64,000 nt of DNA from Kiritimatiellia bacterium (GTDB taxonomy: Bacteria > Verrucomicrobiota > Kiritimatiellia > RFP12 > UBA1067), in assembly GCA_017514235.1 (NCBI GenBank), contig JAFWKK010000026.1, positions 114 through 64,113 on the forward strand, read 5' to 3'. A model generated the notes under the pieces. That model worked only from the letters and a program-made list of their open reading frames with translations, made no database searches and was not told the origin of the DNA. Below are positions 61,983-64,000 of the stretch, one piece after another (positions within the stretch are counted from its first letter, which is position 1; every line of letters starts with the position of its first letter). A program made the position numbers and the translations under genes.

Positions 61983-63479
61983 GTGGAAAAGTTAGTCATG
62001 TCATTTTTTGTCGCGGCAGGCGTGGCCATTACGCTTGCGGCGTCGCCTGTTGAAAACCTTGTCTGGAATTGCGGAGCGAACACGCAGATCAAGGGGGATT
62101 TCCTGATTGCCGAGGTCCCGCAGGGCGAGGAAAAGACAGGCGGCATCGCCAGTGCCGAAATCGACCTTTCGGAGTGGGACGGAAAGCCCGTAGGCGCTTC
62201 CATCGTCGCGAGGGGCGCTGGCATCGCAAAGCCGCTCAATTGGTACAACGGACTGAAGTTCCAGTTCGAGTACGTGGATTCGCTCTCTGGCGAATGGTCG
62301 TACCCGAACACGCAAGGACGCCTCGGGGACTTCCCCAAGCAGACGATCCGCGTCTCCGACCTTGTCGCCGGCGTCAACCGCCGCAGGGCGAGGCTCATGC
62401 TCGGACTTCAGGAGACGAGCGGCAAGGTCGCTTTCGACCTCTCGACGCTCCGCATCGGCGAGCCCGTTCCGCTATGGCCCATCACGAACCAGACGCTGAA
62501 ATGCGAATACAGCATCAAATTCCCGACGCGGCTTCGCGGCGTGATGTCGCCGTCGCAGGACATGACCAATGACGACTTCGATACGCTCCAGTCGTGGGGC
62601 GCGACGCTGATCCGCTATCAGATGGGGCGCAACTGGAATGCCATGAAGGTGACGCCTGACCTTGGCGAATACGACCGCTGGCTTGACGCGCGGCTTGACC
62701 ACTTCGACGCCTTTGTGCTGCCGGAGGCGGTGAAGCGCGGCATGAAGGTCGTTCTCGACATGCACGAGGCGCCGGGGATGAAGAATGAGTTCAACGAATG
62801 GAACATGCTGCACGACCCTGCCGTGGCGCGGCATTTCGTCGAAACGTGGCGACGTATCGCGAAGCGTTTCAGGGGGCGCAAGGGCATCTACGGCTACGAC
62901 CTCGTGAACGAGCCGCTGCAAGCCTCCGAATCGGCGCCGAAGTGCGACTTCTGGACGCTCCAGAAGCGAGCGGCTGAGGCGATTCGCGCAATCGACCCTG
63001 ACATGCCGATCATCGTTGAGTGCAACGGCATGGATTCTCCGTGGGCGTACGGTTGCTTCTCTCCGCTGGACATGCCGAACATAATCTATCAGGTCCACAT
63101 GTATCTGCCGCTCGCCTATACGCATCAGGGCGTGATGTGGAAGCAGGGCGAGCCGCGCGGCTACCCTGACGAGGCCAAAGGCTGGAACAAGGAATATCTC
63201 CGGGCGGGGCTGCGTCCCGTACGCGAGTTCCAGCTGCGGCATGGTGCGAAGATATTCTGCGGTGAGTTCTCCGCCATTGCCTGGGCACCGGGTGCTGGCG
63301 AATACCTGCGCGACTGCATCGACATCTTCGAGGAGTACGGCTGGGACTGGTGTTACCATGCATTCCGCGAATGGGAAGGCTGGAGCGTGGAGCGCGAAGG
63401 ACCAAACCGGAGCGAGCTTGTCCCGTCCGCCGACAATCCGCGAAAGCGGGCGTTGCTGAAAGGGCTGCGCGCAAAATGA
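61983..63479 (+). CDS. GH5-family glycoside hydrolase with an N-terminal accessory domain
   Basis: WGATLIRY, VVLDMH, YDLVNEP, IY.VHMY.P, CGEF. Confidence 0.85.
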   Translation: MEKLVMSFFVAAGVAITLAASPVENLVWNCGANTQIKGDFLIAEVPQGEEKTGGIASAEIDLSEWDGKPVGASIVARGAGIAKPLNWYNGLKFQFEYVDSLSGEWSYPNTQGRLGDFPKQTIRVSDLVAGVNRRRARLMLGLQETSGKVAFDLSTLRIGEPVPLWPITNQTLKCEYSIKFPTRLRGVMSPSQDMTNDDFDTLQSWGATLIRYQMGRNWNAMKVTPDLGEYDRWLDARLDHFDAFVLPEAVKRGMKVVLDMHEAPGMKNEFNEWNMLHDPAVARHFVETWRRIAKRFRGRKGIYGYDLVNEPLQASESAPKCDFWTLQKRAAEAIRAIDPDMPIIVECNGMDSPWAYGCFSPLDMPNIIYQVHMYLPLAYTHQGVMWKQGEPRGYPDEAKGWNKEYLRAGLRPVREFQLRHGAKIFCGEFSAIAWAPGAGEYLRDCIDIFEEYGWDWCYHAFREWEGWSVEREGPNRSELVPSADNPRKRALLKGLRAK

Positions 63480-64000
63480 ATGCGTTGACCGCAGCTCTTG
63501 CCGCGATAGCCGTGTCGGCCGGGGCGTCTACCAAGCCCGAGACGTGGTTCCACATCATCGGCGGCAATGCGTCCAAGGAAGGGCTTGCCGCCGACATCGC
63601 GGCGGTTGCCGAGGCGGGCATTTCGGCGATTTCGCTCTTTCACGGCGGCGGGGACGGAACCGAGCTGTGGCCAGGCGTCACGAACGGCATTCCGTGCATG
63701 AGCGAGAACTGGGTGGACTTGATCAGGTTCGCCGAAACGGAGTGCCATCGGCACGGTCTCAAGTTCAAGATGCAGAATTGTCCGGGCTGGTCGATGTCGG
63801 GAGGACCGTGGATCACGCCTGATCGTGCGATGCGCAAGCTCGTCTGCTTCGAGCCGGACAGGAAGCCGGCGTTCGACGCGGACGACGACTACCACGAAAT
63901 CGGCGAGGTGGAGTTTCCCGTCGAGGCGGAGGATTCGTCCGTCGTCAGGTCGCTCGTTCTTCCTGCGCCAAGCAAGCTGAACCACGAATGGAGCTTTGAG
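63476..64000 (+). CDS. GH106 alpha-L-rhamnosidase-like protein, 5' part only (absent from the ORF track)
   Basis: ATGA overlap at 63476. Hand translation gives MNALTAAL..KPETWFHIIGGNASKEGLAADI..AEAGI...NCPGWSMSGGPWITPDRAMRKL, open to the window end. Confidence 0.85.
   Translation, partial: MNALTAALAAIAVSAGASTKPETWFHIIGGNASKEGLAADIAAVAEAGISAISLFHGGGDGTELWPGVTNGIPCMSENWVDLIRFAETECHRHGLKFKMQNCPGWSMSGGPWITPDRAMRKLVCFEPDRKPAFDADDDYHEIGEVEFPVEAEDSSVVRSLVLPAPSKLNHEWSFE

Overview
GC-rich, gene-dense 64 kb chromosomal window, most likely from a PVC-superphylum bacterium of Kiritimatiellae type. That placement is an inference from the murD-LysM-ftsW order, the CAZyme-rich content and the C-terminal G-h-h-h-x-h-[RK] tails. 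About 45 CDS are supported. Two run off the window and are missing from the ORF track: a repeat surface protein at <1-2794 and a GH106 at 63476->64000. The window holds: (i) glycan-foraging genes (3 GH20, GH39, GH50-like, GH5, GH106, esterases, an HGSNAT-like acetyltransferase, a sugar porter, an SIS isomerase, a GlpT/GDPD/HAD/PfkB block); (ii) four large secreted beta-rich proteins, three of which together carry 10 copies of one LamG-like module; (iii) an MmeI-type IIL restriction-modification gene followed by a four-helix-bundle gene bracketed by 9-bp-period hairpin arrays; (iv) a housekeeping run queF-U32-like-murD-LysM-ftsW-xseA, putP, an atypical GspG-like gene and a XylR-type regulator. 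No rRNA, tRNA, CRISPR array, transposase, integrase or reverse transcriptase was seen. The strongest leads are a possible undescribed C-terminal sorting signal on the surface proteins, a four-helix-bundle cassette with dispersed short-period hairpin elements (some in-frame within genes), an in-frame UGA between a XylR regulator and a second AraC HTH, a frameshifted relic of the SIS gene 5' end, and repeated leaderless-type extended -10 promoters. All family assignments are by motif recognition only; no database search was run.
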